Source: the human T2T-CHM13v2.0 reference genome, Homo sapiens. From it: a stretch of 64,000 nt of DNA. Both the position numbers and the translations under genes were made by a program. The stretch is from NCBI RefSeq assembly GCF_009914755.1, contig NC_060928.1; one strand, written 5' to 3'. The stretch's first letter is position 1; each line of letters opens with the position of its first letter. This document shows, piece by piece, positions 14,357-27,841 of this stretch. The notes beneath the pieces are model-generated. The model was not told the DNA's origin and made no database searches. It saw nothing but the letters and a program-made list of their open reading frames with translations.

Positions 14357-16096
14357 TGCATGGAGATGCCCCTGACCTTTGACAAATCTCCTATTGGTGT
14401 TTGGTACCAGCTTGAGCTATCTTTATGGCTCAAACCAACAGAACAATTTGCTGAGGCCTGGAAGAACCCCTCCAGAGAATCCCTGATCTCCTAAAATTTG
14501 GTCAAGATCTAAAGTTTAGTTTGCTATACAACTGTTTTGGAGTTTTACTTGCTTCCAACCCAAGAAAGGCAAGTTTTTTCTGCTTCCATGATGATGGAAG
14601 GCAGGTAACTCCTTTATGGAGTTTGAACTCACTTCCAACAGGTAAGATGAATTTGAAATTTATCCTGTTTCTAGGATAGTAGAGAGCAGTCTTTAGCATG
14701 AGACATATTCCTAGGTAAGTAACTGAATTGGGAATTTTCTTGGCCAAAGTGAAGATTAACAACCAGCTGGTCTTAATTTCTCCTTACCATTAGAGCGCTC
14801 AGTAATCATGTAAGTTGTGCCGTCATTTGTTTTGCTTAACAGTTTTTTTGTTGTTGTTGGGTCTTTTCCCCGTTGGGTTTGATTAACTCTATCTGACTTG
14901 ATCAAATCTGAAGGAAAGTTCCAAACTATCCAAAAGCAAATTACAAATTATAACAAACTATCCAAAAGCAAATTATAAATTGTCTTTTTCTGACCTAATT
15001 AATACTTTAAGATATTAAGTTCCCTAAAGTCCAAAAATGACATAATTTGGCTTATTTGCTATAAATATTATATAGGAAGCATTGTTAAATATGAAATGGT
15101 GTTTGGTTTTCTTTGGGCTGTATTGGTATAAATATGTTATTGGTATATGTTACAAAATTTTGGGAAACTCCTATAATTCTGATATTACTTAGTGTACATT
15201 ATCAGTAATAATAATTGCTATGTTAAATTATTCTGTGCCACAAAGGTAACAAATTTCCTTGTCAATTGTGTGTTTTGACTAAGGCTGCCCTAAACTTTTT
15301 GTCATCTATGGACAATTGTTGTCTTGTTTTTGTCCTCTTTAGAAGATGGCTGTATAATCAGCTATAAAACCTGACAGGTACTCTTGAATGCAGGTTTCTG
15401 ATAACTTTGGAGACTGATATCAGAATAGAGAAAAAACTTTCAGGACTCATGGAGAGCCAAAATGTTCATAAATATCAAGCAGAACAGGAATTAACTGCAT
15501 GGACTGACTAAAGTAATCGTTTTTACTTTTTTCTTAAAATGTTACTGGTTCTTTGTTTTATTTCTCAAAGAAACATTTCTTTTGAGCTATTGGCAGCTTT
15601 TAACAATTAAGTATACTCCTATGAACAAAATTTGGAGCATATTTGTTTGTCTCCACCTGATTTCTCCAGAATTTGGAAACTATTCATGAGTATTCTTAAT
15701 ATATGTCAATATAGTTATTTGCATGAGTGCAAGAAGAATCTGTTTTCATTTGTAACAGGATACAATTAGAGAAACTGGTTATTTTACCAAGGCCTTGACT
15801 GGAATGGAGTGCTTTCCTTTAAGGAAAAAACTTCACTTATACAGCCAATAAAAGCCCCTTGGGAAAACTGGCCTCATATTTTGTCTACGCCATCCCTGTA
15901 CAGAATTCTTGACCTGTGGTAAGTAAAGAATGTCACTTTCTGACAGACCCAGCAGCCCTGAGTTATCTTGGGACCTCAAGAGGAGAAGGATTCACCCAAT
16001 TCATAGATATTTGATGGTACACATCCATAGCTGGACTTAGCTTTAAAAAAATCTTATCTGAGATTCCTTCTATAGAACAAACTTCCATCAAAGCCA

Positions 16097-16478
<382 letters not shown>

Positions 16479-17809
16479 TAATCTGGCCAGGCATAATGAA
16501 GCAAATGGTTTCTACCATGATTTGTCTTTAGTAAACCTGGGAAACTGCAGAGAGAAAAATTAGGTTTCAAAAACTATAGTACACCTGTTGTTAGATTCTA
16601 GTCTTGCCTAATGTTTTTCAATTTTTACTATTTTCTACAATTTGGACTGAATTCTAATTTTTCCTGACTTCAAGTCTCCAAAGCAATGTTTTCAATTTTT
16701 CTTCTTTTTCTTTTCCCCTGCATTTTTGCTGATTAGTAGTCACCAAGAATGTAGTTATGCTTTCTTAAAGCCCCACGAACTGAATCTAGACAACTTAATC
16801 TTCAGAAGAAAATAACAGCAATCTATTTACCTACATAAGCCACTTTCCTACCTCCCTACTAATGTATGGACTTCCAAGGAGTGTGGACTATATGGATTCT
16901 CCAGGATTCTTTGTTTGTTGTTATTTTTCTCTTTTCCTCTCCCTATTTTCTCTTCATAGGACATGCAACTTCTCAACCTTCTAAAAATGGGGTTTCCTAA
17001 CAGCTTGGGGCCTACCTATCTAGGAATAAACCATTCTAGCCATGAGAGATCAGACAAAACCTGACACCAGAGACTCATTTTCTTTTAAAATGCTTTCCCT
17101 AAAACATTTTTAAAAGGAAAGGAGGGGGAAAATGTGAGAGGAAAAGAAATCTTGGGGCGCCAAAAGTCACTAAGCTAAAGGGAAAAGTCAAGCTGGGAAC
17201 TGCTTAGGATAATTCTGTTTCTCTCCTCACTGAGATAAAATACATATGTGATTGCCTCCTTTGTAAAGGCTAATCAGAAACTCAAAAGAATGCAACAGTT
17301 TGTCTCTTACCTACCTGTGACTTGGAAGCCCCCTTTCTGCTAGAGTTGTCCCGCCTTTCCAGACGGAACCAGTGTATGTCTTACATATATTGCTTGATGT
17401 CTCACATCTCCCTAAAATGTGTAAAATCAAGATGTGCCCCAACCACCTTGGGCACATGTCATCAGAACCTGCTGAGGCTGTGTCATGGTCACACACCCTC
17501 AATCTTGGCAAAATAAGCTTTCTAAATTAACTGAGACCTGTCTCAGATATTCAGCTTCACATATTCATCTCATCTTGGCCCCCTCAGCAAAGTGGCAAGA
17601 GGTAGACAATCCGTTTTTATTAATGACAACATTAAAGCAGAGAATATACTGTAGGAGACTGTCTCCAATACTTTCCAGAAGTGTTGTGCCACACCAAAAT
17701 CAGTGGCATTTACTTTTGTGAGCAGATAATTTATCTGTGCTACCGACTTCACAACTGAGTGGAATTAAAGTAAGGTAGCAGAAAAAAAAATACTAAATCA
17801 TTTTAATTA

Positions 17810-18020
17810 CGAGTTCATGGTTACCAATGTGCTAGGCACTATAAAATGATTTTGTCAGCAAACCTTTGCAACCCTATGATGCAAATTTGTTTTTACACAT
17901 GAGGAAACTGGGTTCAGCAAGGTGAGATGACTTAGGTCACACAGCTTGGAGCAAGTGGAACAAGATTTTAAGCCCTGATATGTTTGCCTCAAGGCTTAGC
18001 TGTTTCCACTGTGAATACTG
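17810..18020 (-). mobile_element. MIR
   Basis: ttttacacatgaggaaactgggttcag...aggtcacacagct. Confidence 0.7.
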
Positions 18021-18169
18021 CTCTTTAAATTAGGGCGTGAACTCAACTGAAAATCTCATTCTAACCCAGAGATATGAACCCACTAATAATCATCCCCAAA
18101 GCCATTCCTTATTTGCTGTTTTCTAGGGTGTGGAAACCTTGGCATTTCAGGATCCAGTCTCTGTTTGGG

Positions 18170-18370
18170 AAGCAATATAGTCTTAGAGTTAGGCGTATCT
18201 GCTAGATATAAAATGCAAAAGCCATGTAGCTTATTTATGTCTCAATTTCTTTATTGCTACATTATTAAATTTGTATACTAATATTTACTAGGTTGCAGAA
18301 GGGATCAAATGGGAAAATTTATCTAAAGTACTTACCATAGTACTTGTCACGAAGTAACTTATTGTCTCTT
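18170..18370 (+). mobile_element. MIR
   Basis: tctcaatttctt...taggttgcagaagggatcaaatg...taaagtactta. Confidence 0.5.
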
Positions 18371-18439
18371 ATGTAGTGCATGGTTTTTGAGGCATATGTT
18401 GCTAAATTACTCATTATTGGCCAGCACCTGGGTCCAAGT

Positions 18440-18622
18440 TATCTGGGGCTTTGCCATTCGGAGTGTGATCAGAGGAACAGCAGCACTGGCCTCATCTAGG
18501 AGCTGGTTAGATCACAGAATATCAATCACAGTTTCTGACCTACGCCTATTGAACAGAGACCTGCAATGTAACAAGATCCTCCAAAGATTTTTTTATGTAC
18601 ATGAGATTTTGAGAAGCACTTA
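18440..18622 (+). mobile_element. MER5A hAT-Charlie DNA transposon
   Basis: cagcagcactggcctcatctaggagct...taacaagatcc...ttgagaagcact. Confidence 0.7.
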
Positions 18623-19299
18623 AACATAGGGTATTTTCTCATTCTTATTGGCCTCTATAATAGGTAAGTCAGCTTACTTCCTCCCTTTCTATCCATCGTA
18701 TTATCCCTCTATGTCTCAATACACGTACACATACATACAGGCACATACATATATCTATATATGTGTTTGTATGTGAATTTATATGTATATTCATTATATG
18801 TATGCTTTGTGTCAGGCAGTATGATGAAAACTTAGGTTTGTTAGTGAACAAGAAAGTCTTTGCTCTCCTAGAATTTGAAATCACTGGAGGACAAGCACCA
18901 TGATCAAAAGGGGAATCTCTCTGAGGGCCGAAGGTTGAACCAGGAATAGGTAGCAGGGGGATTCGCAAGAAAGAAGGTAGACATCCCACCTGAAATTCAT
19001 GAATTGGTCTTTCCATGTAGCCAGTGGTAAGGTCTGATGAGCAGTCTCAGCCTCATGACGTTAAAAATGTATTTCCATGGGCTTGGGGAATCCTGTGAAT
19101 CCACAGGTTGTCAGTTGAATCAGCTCATAAAATAATTCTTGAGGCATCTTGGTCTAGATTAAATTCACTTTGGTGTGAGCTCAAGGGAGCCTCTAATTGT
19201 TCCACTGGAGGATTCAGTTTATAGCCTCTCCTCCTAAACTATACTAGGTGAATGGAATTAAGAATTCTTAAAGTGAAGCTTGTTAGTTAAAGCTTATTT

Positions 19300-19480
19300 A
19301 TTACCATGCTTTGTAATCATACAGATTACTATTATCATCATATAATATATTACAACTATATGGTAATATCGATAATTATTCATTAGGTACTAGTAGATTA
19401 TTATTCAATTGATAGTCAATAATATGTTATAATCATGTAATTATAATTTACAATATATTATTCATGCATCATAATCAGAA
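19300..19480. repeat. AT-rich low-complexity tract
   Basis: Almost entirely A/T with tta/tat runs. Confidence 0.6.
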
Positions 19481-20359
19481 GATTTGTGAATGGTTTTGAT
19501 TTTCTATTTCAAGATATAATAAAGTTTAAAGCTTGAGCTTTCCTCACAGATGTGATTCCTGGGTTGATTGTTTCTGTATTTTGTAGCCCGATCTCTCATC
19601 TGAGAAGTTATTTACCAAGAGGTCAGTACATAAATGAGTTCCATAAAGTCCTCCAAACTGAACAGCACTTTGTCTCATATTGCATTGATACATAGAGTTT
19701 TGGCATTTTTAAAACCTCTGATATCAGAGAAATAAGGAAGCCAATTTGCTAACCTAAGAAAAGTAACCTTTTTTGGTGGGCTGAGGAAGTTAAGGAAGCT
19801 GTCTTTGGCTCTTCCTGGGTGTATTGACTGATTTACATGCTTGCATTTACTTTTAAATTGTGTGGATATTGAAGTCTTCTCTCTCTTTACAGCTATGTTT
19901 TATTCACAGCAAAGCATAAGGACCATTTTATGGTCCCAATACACCCCTCAAAAAAAAAAATTTTGAGGGGTGTATTGATTGGTGAGCATTTGCTTTCCAG
20001 TATACAGGAATCCTATCTGGACACCATACCACCACATGGGAGAAGTTCTTTCATAAGCTTATGAGATAGGTACTGTCATTATTACTATTTTTCTAAGGGC
20101 GGAAACTAAAGCTCAATAGTATTTATCACTTGAGCTTGTGAAGAAATGTTTTACCCAAAAGAGGCTGCATAGGCCAAACACTTAAATACATCCAATAAAT
20201 ATTCACCTAGATTAATTAATTGATCTTTACCCAGTCTGAAGGTGGTGATAGGATAGCCCAGTTTTCTTTGGGACTATTTTATCTCACCACATTTTTTTTT
20301 CAGCTACACATATTCTTAGCTATGTTTTGTCTGAATTAGTATGGAATTAAAATTTTTTT

Positions 20360-20730
20360 TCATTTTTTTACAGCAGCTTTATTGTGATATTACTTCCATA
20401 CCACACAATTCACTCATTTAAAGTATGAACTTCAAGATTTTTAAATGTATCATTCCATTTATTTTATTTTATTAATTAATTTTTAAATTGTATAACTGAC
20501 ACATAATAATTGCACATGTTCATGGGGTACAATGTGATGTTTTAATATATAATGACCAAATCAGGGTAATGACCTTATCTATCACTTAAGACATTGATCA
20601 GTTCCTTGTGGTGATAATATTTAGAATCTTCTCTTCTAGCTATCTTGAAGTATGTACTACCTTGTTATTTGCTATGGTCACTCTATTGTGTGATAGAACA
20701 CCAGGACTTATTCTTCTGGTCTCACTGTAG
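20360..20730 (-). mobile_element. L1M 3'-end fragments (L1MB-like followed by L1MA-like)
   Basis: cagctttattg...ttcactcatttaaagt; catggggtacaatgtgatgtt...gatagaacaccaggactta. Confidence 0.75.
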
Positions 20731-20854
20731 CTGGCATTATCAATTTTTAAGGAATCCTCTTCTAATTTAATTTAGTCCCTGGATATGGAATATGGTTTAT
20801 TTTTGTTTTTATTTTGATATAATTTATTTTGTCTTTTTATCACTTTACTAAAAG

Positions 20855-21045
20855 ATTACCCGCTTGCTAGCTATGTAAACCTGGGTGGGTTACTTACTAG
20901 CTCTGGGTCTCAATTTTCTCATGTAAAAATGGGGTAAATAACAATAATACATACATCATAGGGTTGTTATAATAAATAATCAGGTAATTTTTTAAAAGTT
21001 ACTATAACAGTGCTTGGCACATAATAAGAGCTATGTGTTTGCCAA
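20855..21045 (+). mobile_element. MIR
   Basis: ctctgggtctcaattttctcatgtaaaaatgggg...cagtgcttggcacataataag. Confidence 0.8.
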
Positions 21046-21142
21046 GAAAAAATTAAAGAGAGATAATATGTCCAGAAAATTAGCTTAATTATTTTCTAGA
21101 TAGTTTCTAATTAACTTTCTTTAATTGTGAGAAATTGAAATA

Positions 21143-21445
21143 GCGAGGCACAGTGGCTCACACCTATAATCCCGGCACTTTGGGAGGCCGAGGTGGGCAG
21201 ATAGCTTCAGACCAGAAGTTTGAGACTAGCCTGGACAACATGGTGAACCTACCCCCCCTCACCACATCTCTACCAAATAATACAAAAGTTAGCCAGGTGT
21301 GATCAAACCTGTAGTGCCAGCTACTTAGGAGGCTAAGGTGAGAGGATTACTCGAGTGCCAGAGGTTGAGGCTGCAGTGAACTGAGATTGCACCACTGCTC
21401 TCCAGCCTGGGCAACAGAGTGAGATCCTGTCAAAAAAAAAAAAAA
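21143..21445 (+). mobile_element. AluJ
   Basis: Full dimer; TSD GAGAAATTGAAA. Confidence 0.92.
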
Positions 21446-23100
21446 GAGAGAAATTGAAAAATTGAAATACAAAATGCTGGCCCCTCAGTAGAAAAATCAA
21501 CATTTTGTTTTTAGAACTATTTTCAAGGGGTTATTGGGAGGGTGCCATAGGGCTCATAGCCCTTCCCTTCTAGGCTGTAATTCTCCAACACGGGTGTCAG
21601 TTATTGAGTGGCTGGCAGCATAACAGGGAATCTTCCAGAAAGTTGGTGACTGATAAATATTGTCTGAATTAATGAGGATTTAACTCATTCTTTCTCAGTA
21701 ATTCTCCTGCAATTCTCAGCTTGGTCAAACACCCCCTCTTCCAGACGTCCCTTGTTAGTCCAGATCCTTGTGACCACAGCAGTCAACCACAAAGTCACTG
21801 TGGTGGGAGAATTCTGACATAACTAGGAGTGCCTGGAAGAGGCAGAGGTTGATAGATGGTAACTTCCAGAAACCATACCACCAACTTCTCCATCTTCCAG
21901 TTAAGTAATTTGAAATAAATTTTTGAAAATGGGATGACTTCAGTATCCTGTTTGTATTTTCATAAAGAAGCACATCAAAGTATCTCATGCAAAATAATAA
22001 TGATAGGATAATCCTTGGAATTTTAAACCATTTTGTCCAAAGAGTAGGGTTTTTTTTTAAGATTTCTCTAGAGAAATTCAATATTTAAAAAACATTGTTC
22101 AGCACATATGCTTGTTGAACAATCAGCAAAATAAAATAATATGTTGTCCACATTCAAAGCATTTTTGAAAGTTGTAGATAAGTATTTTTTAAATATTGCC
22201 ATTGTTTTAAAAAATATTTGTTGATGTCCTGGTTCTTAGGGAGATATGCACTTAGCATATGAGTGTTCATGAATTTTAGTGTCATTATTGTTATTGCTAT
22301 TATTACTGGTATTCTCATCTTTAATACTCTGCATTCCTCACCCTTCTACTTCTTACCATTATCCTTTTAGGTCCAATTGCAATCTTCCGTGGCTTGCTCC
22401 AAGCCTGGGTTTGGACTCATGCTGCTCCCTACACCCCCAAGTCCAGCAAGGGTTTTCTGTTGGAATTTACTTCCAGAAACCAAGTTTAAATCTTTTTCAT
22501 CACTTCCTCTAACCAGTAGCTAAATGGGATCAGCAAAACTAACCCAACAGCCACTCTGCACACACTTTAACCTCCAATGAAGTTATGGCAGCTGGGTCTC
22601 CAGCATTGTGTCTAAGAGAGTCATGGGGGGAAGATGAAGAGAAGATGGGAAGAACGAAGTAGGTAGAAAGTTGATAAAGTTATGAAAGAAAGCAGAGTAA
22701 AGGTGGGCAAATGAATATGAGAAGGGATCTGTTCCCTACTGAAACTTAGGTCAGTGGTGGAGAAAAATATATGGAAAGGTGCAAGGGCCTAGTGAAGTAA
22801 ACATGAGCACAGTCTCTTTTCTCCTAAGAGTCTTTCAGTTTTCCTTTCATTACATATTTTTCTTTTTGAAAATGACATCTCAGAAAATTGTCTTTTTTTT
22901 TTTCCCACGATGTCCTTGTTAGGTCTCTAGGATATGATACTAATATAAGAAAACCTATATAGTAAGATGTATTATGAGACCAAAGAAACCTAGTGGGTTA
23001 TGTATTTCCTTTTGACTATTAGCTGTTGTGGCTGCACTCTGTGATGAAAATAGATCACATTGTGGAAAACACAGGATCATGGCAATATTAAAATGTTGCC

Positions 23101-23398
23101 TTTTTTTTTTTTTTTGAGATAAAGTCTTGCTCTTGTCGCCCAGGCTGGAGTGCAGTGGTGCGATCTAGGCTCACTGCCACCTCTGCCTCCCAGATTCAAG
23201 TAATTCTCCTGTCTCAGCTTCCCGAGTAGCTGGGATTACAAGTGCCTGCCACAATGCCTGGCTAATTTTTCCATTTTTAGTGGAGATGGGGTTTCACCAC
23301 GTTGGCCATGCTGGTCCTGAACTCCTGACCTCAGGTGTTCCGCCCCCCTTGGCCTCCCAAAGTGCTGGGATTACAGGCATGAGTCACCGCGCCCAGCC
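23101..23398 (-). mobile_element. AluS (Sq/Sp-like)
   Basis: Poly(T) plus full Alu reverse complement. Confidence 0.95.
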
Positions 23399-23494
23399 TG
23401 TTTTTAAAAATGTTGTTGATGTCCTGGATTCTTATGGAGATAAGCACTTAGCATATGAGTGTTCATGGGGTAAAGTATATTTGCTCTTAGTGCC

Positions 23495-23943
23495 TGTATT
23501 CGCTTGCTAGGGCTGCCTTAACAAGATACTACAGATTGGATGGGTTAAACAATGGTAAATTTTTGTGTCGGAGGTCCAGAGTCTGGATGTCTGAGACGAA
23601 GGTGTCGGCAAGGTTGGTTCCTTCTGAAGATTTTGGAGAATCTTCCATGCCTTTCTCCTAGCTTCTGGTGGTTTGCCCACAATCTTTGGCTTGTAGAAGC
23701 ATCACCCCATGTCTGCCTTCATCTTCATATGGCATTCTCCCTGCATGTGTGTCTGTGTCCACATTTCCACTTTTTGTAATAACACTGGGCATATTGAAAG
23801 AGGGGCCTACTCTCCTCCACTGTGATTTCATCTTAAGTAATTAAATCTGCAATCACACTATTTCCAAATAAGGTCACATTCTGAGGTACTGGGAGTTAGG
23901 ACTTTAACATGAATTTTAAGGGGACACAATTGAATCCATAGCA
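23495..23943 (-). mobile_element. MLT1C-like MaLR solo LTR
   Basis: tgtattcgcttgctagggctgcc...aattgaatccatagca; 5-bp TSD GTGCC. Confidence 0.85.
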
Positions 23944-25494
23944 GTGCCAGTTCAGGAAAATTTAACTTAATTTACTGTTCTTGGAAACCTATCATTTAGG
24001 TTGAGGGTTCTTTCTTAGATAGGACTTCTTAATGAATAACGTAAAAATTTTTAATTAACAAAGTACCGTTTCCAAGCTACCTACATAGAAATTTTCACAT
24101 GTATCTCACATGGAAAAACCTACCTATATGAAGTGGAAGTCGTCATCCAAGTAAATTTGTAAAGAGTGAAGAGGGCACAGGTGAACACAGGAGTCCAAGT
24201 TGTTCCTCCCATAGGTCAGTCCTAAAATCAAGAAGTCATCTTTCAGTGTCAATGTCAGGTCCAAGTTGCCTGAAGAAATCCTAATGGTTTGTTTTTCTTT
24301 TTCCAAGATAATTACTGTCTGGGCTAATGGTCTGTTTTTGATAGACTATTTCTATCTTGACTGGATAAATTCTTTCCAAGTCTCTCTTCACCCCTTCTCC
24401 TATTGGTTAAAGGAAATCCTTTGTGAAGCTTGTCTCCAATCTCTAGATATGGGGTCTGGTAACAGAGAATCTATTCATTCTTTTCTGTGCACTTTGTCTT
24501 TAAGGAGCAGGGGAGGCTGGGGAGAGGTAATTCCATTTCTGTTTCATCTCTAGAATACATACACACACCCTATGAAAACACTTAGTCCTAACCAAATGTA
24601 CTCCACACCTATCACCCTCTCCCTACCCCCGACACGTGTATACACACATGCACACACACACAAGCTCTCTCTTCATGTGTTGTGGGAAACTTTTAGGGGC
24701 AGTTGCACATGGAATCTTCTTAAAACTCCCTGAGCAGTTTGAGGCTATTGTATTATACTTGAAAATGAAGAGTATCTTATTTTTAACATTGAACTGTTAA
24801 TGCACGCAGGGAATTGGGAAGAAATGTGAGTCTGACTAATAGTTGATTAGAGAAAACGCCATAGGGTTAACTGGAGTACAAACAGCAAGAGAATCATGAA
24901 GTGATTTTATTTGGAGTTTTTGAAACTTTCAAATTTGTGTTTTAGATTCTGGTAGGAAAATATACAAGCTGTTTCTCCTCCCCTACAGAAACCTGGTATC
25001 AGAAATAAGTCAAAATTTTAGACATATCTTTTTCCATTTACTAAAATTCTTATGGAATAAGTACTTCCAATTATCCAAGGAGGAATTTTGAATATTATGC
25101 ATGCGTGCTTGCATGATTGAGAGAGAATTTTTGCATCTATTTTTTGTAAAAATACAAAATACATGTATTTATAGAAGGGAAAGTTCAAAAAGTAAGATAA
25201 GGTAAAGTGTGATTCTTTATTTTGAGCGTATTTTAGATTTTTTCTTTCAAAATCATGAATTTAAAAGAAAATAGTATTTGTCCAAATATTTCAAGATTCC
25301 TTTCAATAACTACCATCAAGACACTATTCTTTTCTTATGAGACCTTGCCCCTGGTTTCTGTGGCACCATGAGAGTGATTCAATAGGAGCAAATGAACAGT
25401 TACACACAAACACACACCCAGGCACACTTAAATGTTGGCATTCCTCTTTCCAAGTCTCACATCCTTAAAGACAGAGTTAATGTTTGTGCTAAAG

Positions 25495-25679
25495 ATAGTG
25501 GTGTTCACTGAACATTCCATTGCTGTCCATATTTCTCAACCTCCTTGCAATCATGCAGGACCTTGTGATTCGTTTTGGTCAATGGTTGTGGGTGGAAATG
25601 ATGTGTAATGTTTGCCATTTTAACATAGCGGATGTGTAATGTTTGCCATTTTAACATAGCAGCCTACTCAGCTAATACA
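25495..25679 (+). mobile_element. Internally deleted old ERVL/MaLR LTR (LTR16/LTR33/MLT1J-like)
   Basis: atttctcaacctccttgca...ggtcaatgg...gaaatgatgtgt motif; ends ctaataca. Confidence 0.5.
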
Positions 25680-27029
25680 AAGGTTTTACACAGCATAAAC
25701 CACAACACACTTTAATTGTTCAAATATCCACAATTTTATCTTCCTGGTGTGAAAAAGATCTAAAAGGTATATTCTGATGGTCATGGACTCTCAGTCTTGG
25801 GTCATCTTTCTAGCTGGGGAAGAGGAGGAGGCTGACACATCTTTCTAGCTGGGAGGTCTATAATTTTTTAAAAGACAGACAAATTAGAGCAACTGGCCCC
25901 ATCGTAAGAGGATGAGGTGGCCACTTGAATAGAATTTTAGGGTGCTAACCGATGCCTTTTTCACTTAGAGCACACTAGGGCTACACAGAACATTAATTAG
26001 CTTAATTTAAACACACTTTTAAACTTCCAATTCACGTGTTTAACATTGAAATGTTTAAGCATTTGAATCCTGCTACATTTTAAAGATTCAACACTGGCAG
26101 CTGTTGCATTATCTCAAAAGAAAATGCACCTTAATATCAATTCAGCTTGTTCCATTTGAATATGCAACTCGTGATAATAAAACATTTAAATATTCCCTTC
26201 AAATATTAATGTTTGACAATTACTGGGCCTACTAAAATTATCTTCCAAGAAAGAAATTGCTCAAAGAAACAGTATAAGAGGAAGAAACTGGCCCTACCTC
26301 ATATTGCTGCAGGACAGCTCACCTTCCTCTCTGTACTGTGATGTTTCCAAGATTGCAGCTTCTATGACACTCAATAATTAGGAATATAATCAGTCATTTT
26401 CACTGCTGTAAATAGTGCATGGTAGAGTCCCCACCAGCATCTGAGGTCCCAATTAAAATCAAAGGAGGAAGAGAGGATCTACTACTTGAAAGTATCCCAC
26501 TGATATATTTAAAAAAAATTTTTTTTAATAGTTTTGTTCCAGCCATACCAGCTGGAAGTAATTTCCTTTTAACTATTAAATAGAATTTTCTCTTTTGGCA
26601 TTCTGTAACACTTGCATTTATCTCCAGCTTAGTTAATTGTAGCAAACGTTTCTAATATTTCAGAAAACTCCAAGTGCAAATCATTAATATAGGAACATAA
26701 AAGACATTTAATACCATTAATCCTTTCCCACAATTTAAAAAGATTAAATTTAAATTAAAATTTAAATATAGGATTAAATAGGATTAAAGATTAGGGCTAT
26801 CTGCTTCAGAACCAAAGGTATAATTCTATATATCCCTTGGGTACTGCAGCTAAAGAAATGCAAAAACTTTGTGTTTTCTTCACTAAAGGAGCTATTGAGA
26901 GGGGAAACCTGTTAGTTCTCTGCATCCAAAAGGCTGACTACATTTATGTTTTTATATGTACAGATGTTCCTAGTTTGAAATATCAAGACTCATAGAGTTG
27001 AGCTGACAAATTTTAAACTGTCTGCAATT

Positions 27030-27375
27030 TTGGATTTACAAGCACTACGCAAGGCACTAGACAATAGTGAAGAAAACTGTACGTGAGTTGTGTCACCATG
27101 GTGCTTGGAATAGTGATGGAGACAGAGATTACACAAATAATGTAAAATTGTATTTGTGATAAGGACAGTAAATGAATGGTATTTGGAGCCATAACATCAT
27201 TTAGCCAAGGGATGTGATATATTACTTGCAGACCAAGCAAACTTTCCTTGAGAGAGTGATGATAGGATGAAATCTGAAGGTTTACTTTCAGCAAATGAAG
27301 TGGGAGAGGAAGAGTGTTCCAGGCAAAGGCAACAGTATGTGTTAAGGACTTACGTTGAGATGATATGCAGACATT
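27030..27375 (-). mobile_element. L2 fragment, resuming near 30136-30225
   Basis: gaagagtgttccaggcaaaggcaacagtatgtg is a typical L2 segment. Confidence 0.7.
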
Positions 27376-27841
27376 GCATTTTTAAGCTCTAGAAGTTTGA
27401 TTTGAGTTCTTTTCCATTATCTTCCATGTCTTTGCATGCTCAAAGCTTCTTGAATATATGGCATGTATTTATACTAACTGATTTGATGTTCTTGTCTACT
27501 AAATCTGTGTTATTTCTAAGTCTGTTTTTATTGATTGATTTTTATCCTTATTATGGGCTATATATTCCTGCTTCTTTGTAACTATGGTAAGTTTTAATTA
27601 TATGCTAGAAAATGTGAATTTTACCTTTTTGGGAGTTGAATATTTTTGTATTTCTATGCATATTCTTGAATTTTGTCCTAGGATGCTGTTAAATTACTTA
27701 GAAACAGTTTGCTTCTGTTTTTTGTTCTTAAGATTTGTTAAATGGGACCAGAGCAGCATTTAGTAGCCAATTTTGCCCTTTTAGTAAAGTAGTAATGTTT
27801 TTAGTATTCTATCCAATGCCCCTTGAATTAAGAGGGTTTCC

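Noticed and set aside
17723-17737. Inverted GATA pair CAGATAA-T-TTATCTG
   Set aside because: 7-bp arms are expected by chance in 64 kb of AT-rich DNA, and there is no other support.
25803-25853. 16-bp direct repeat CATCTTTCTAGCTGGG around a 19-nt spacer as a TSD-flanked insertion
   Set aside because: The spacer has no poly(A) or TE identity; most simply a small duplication.
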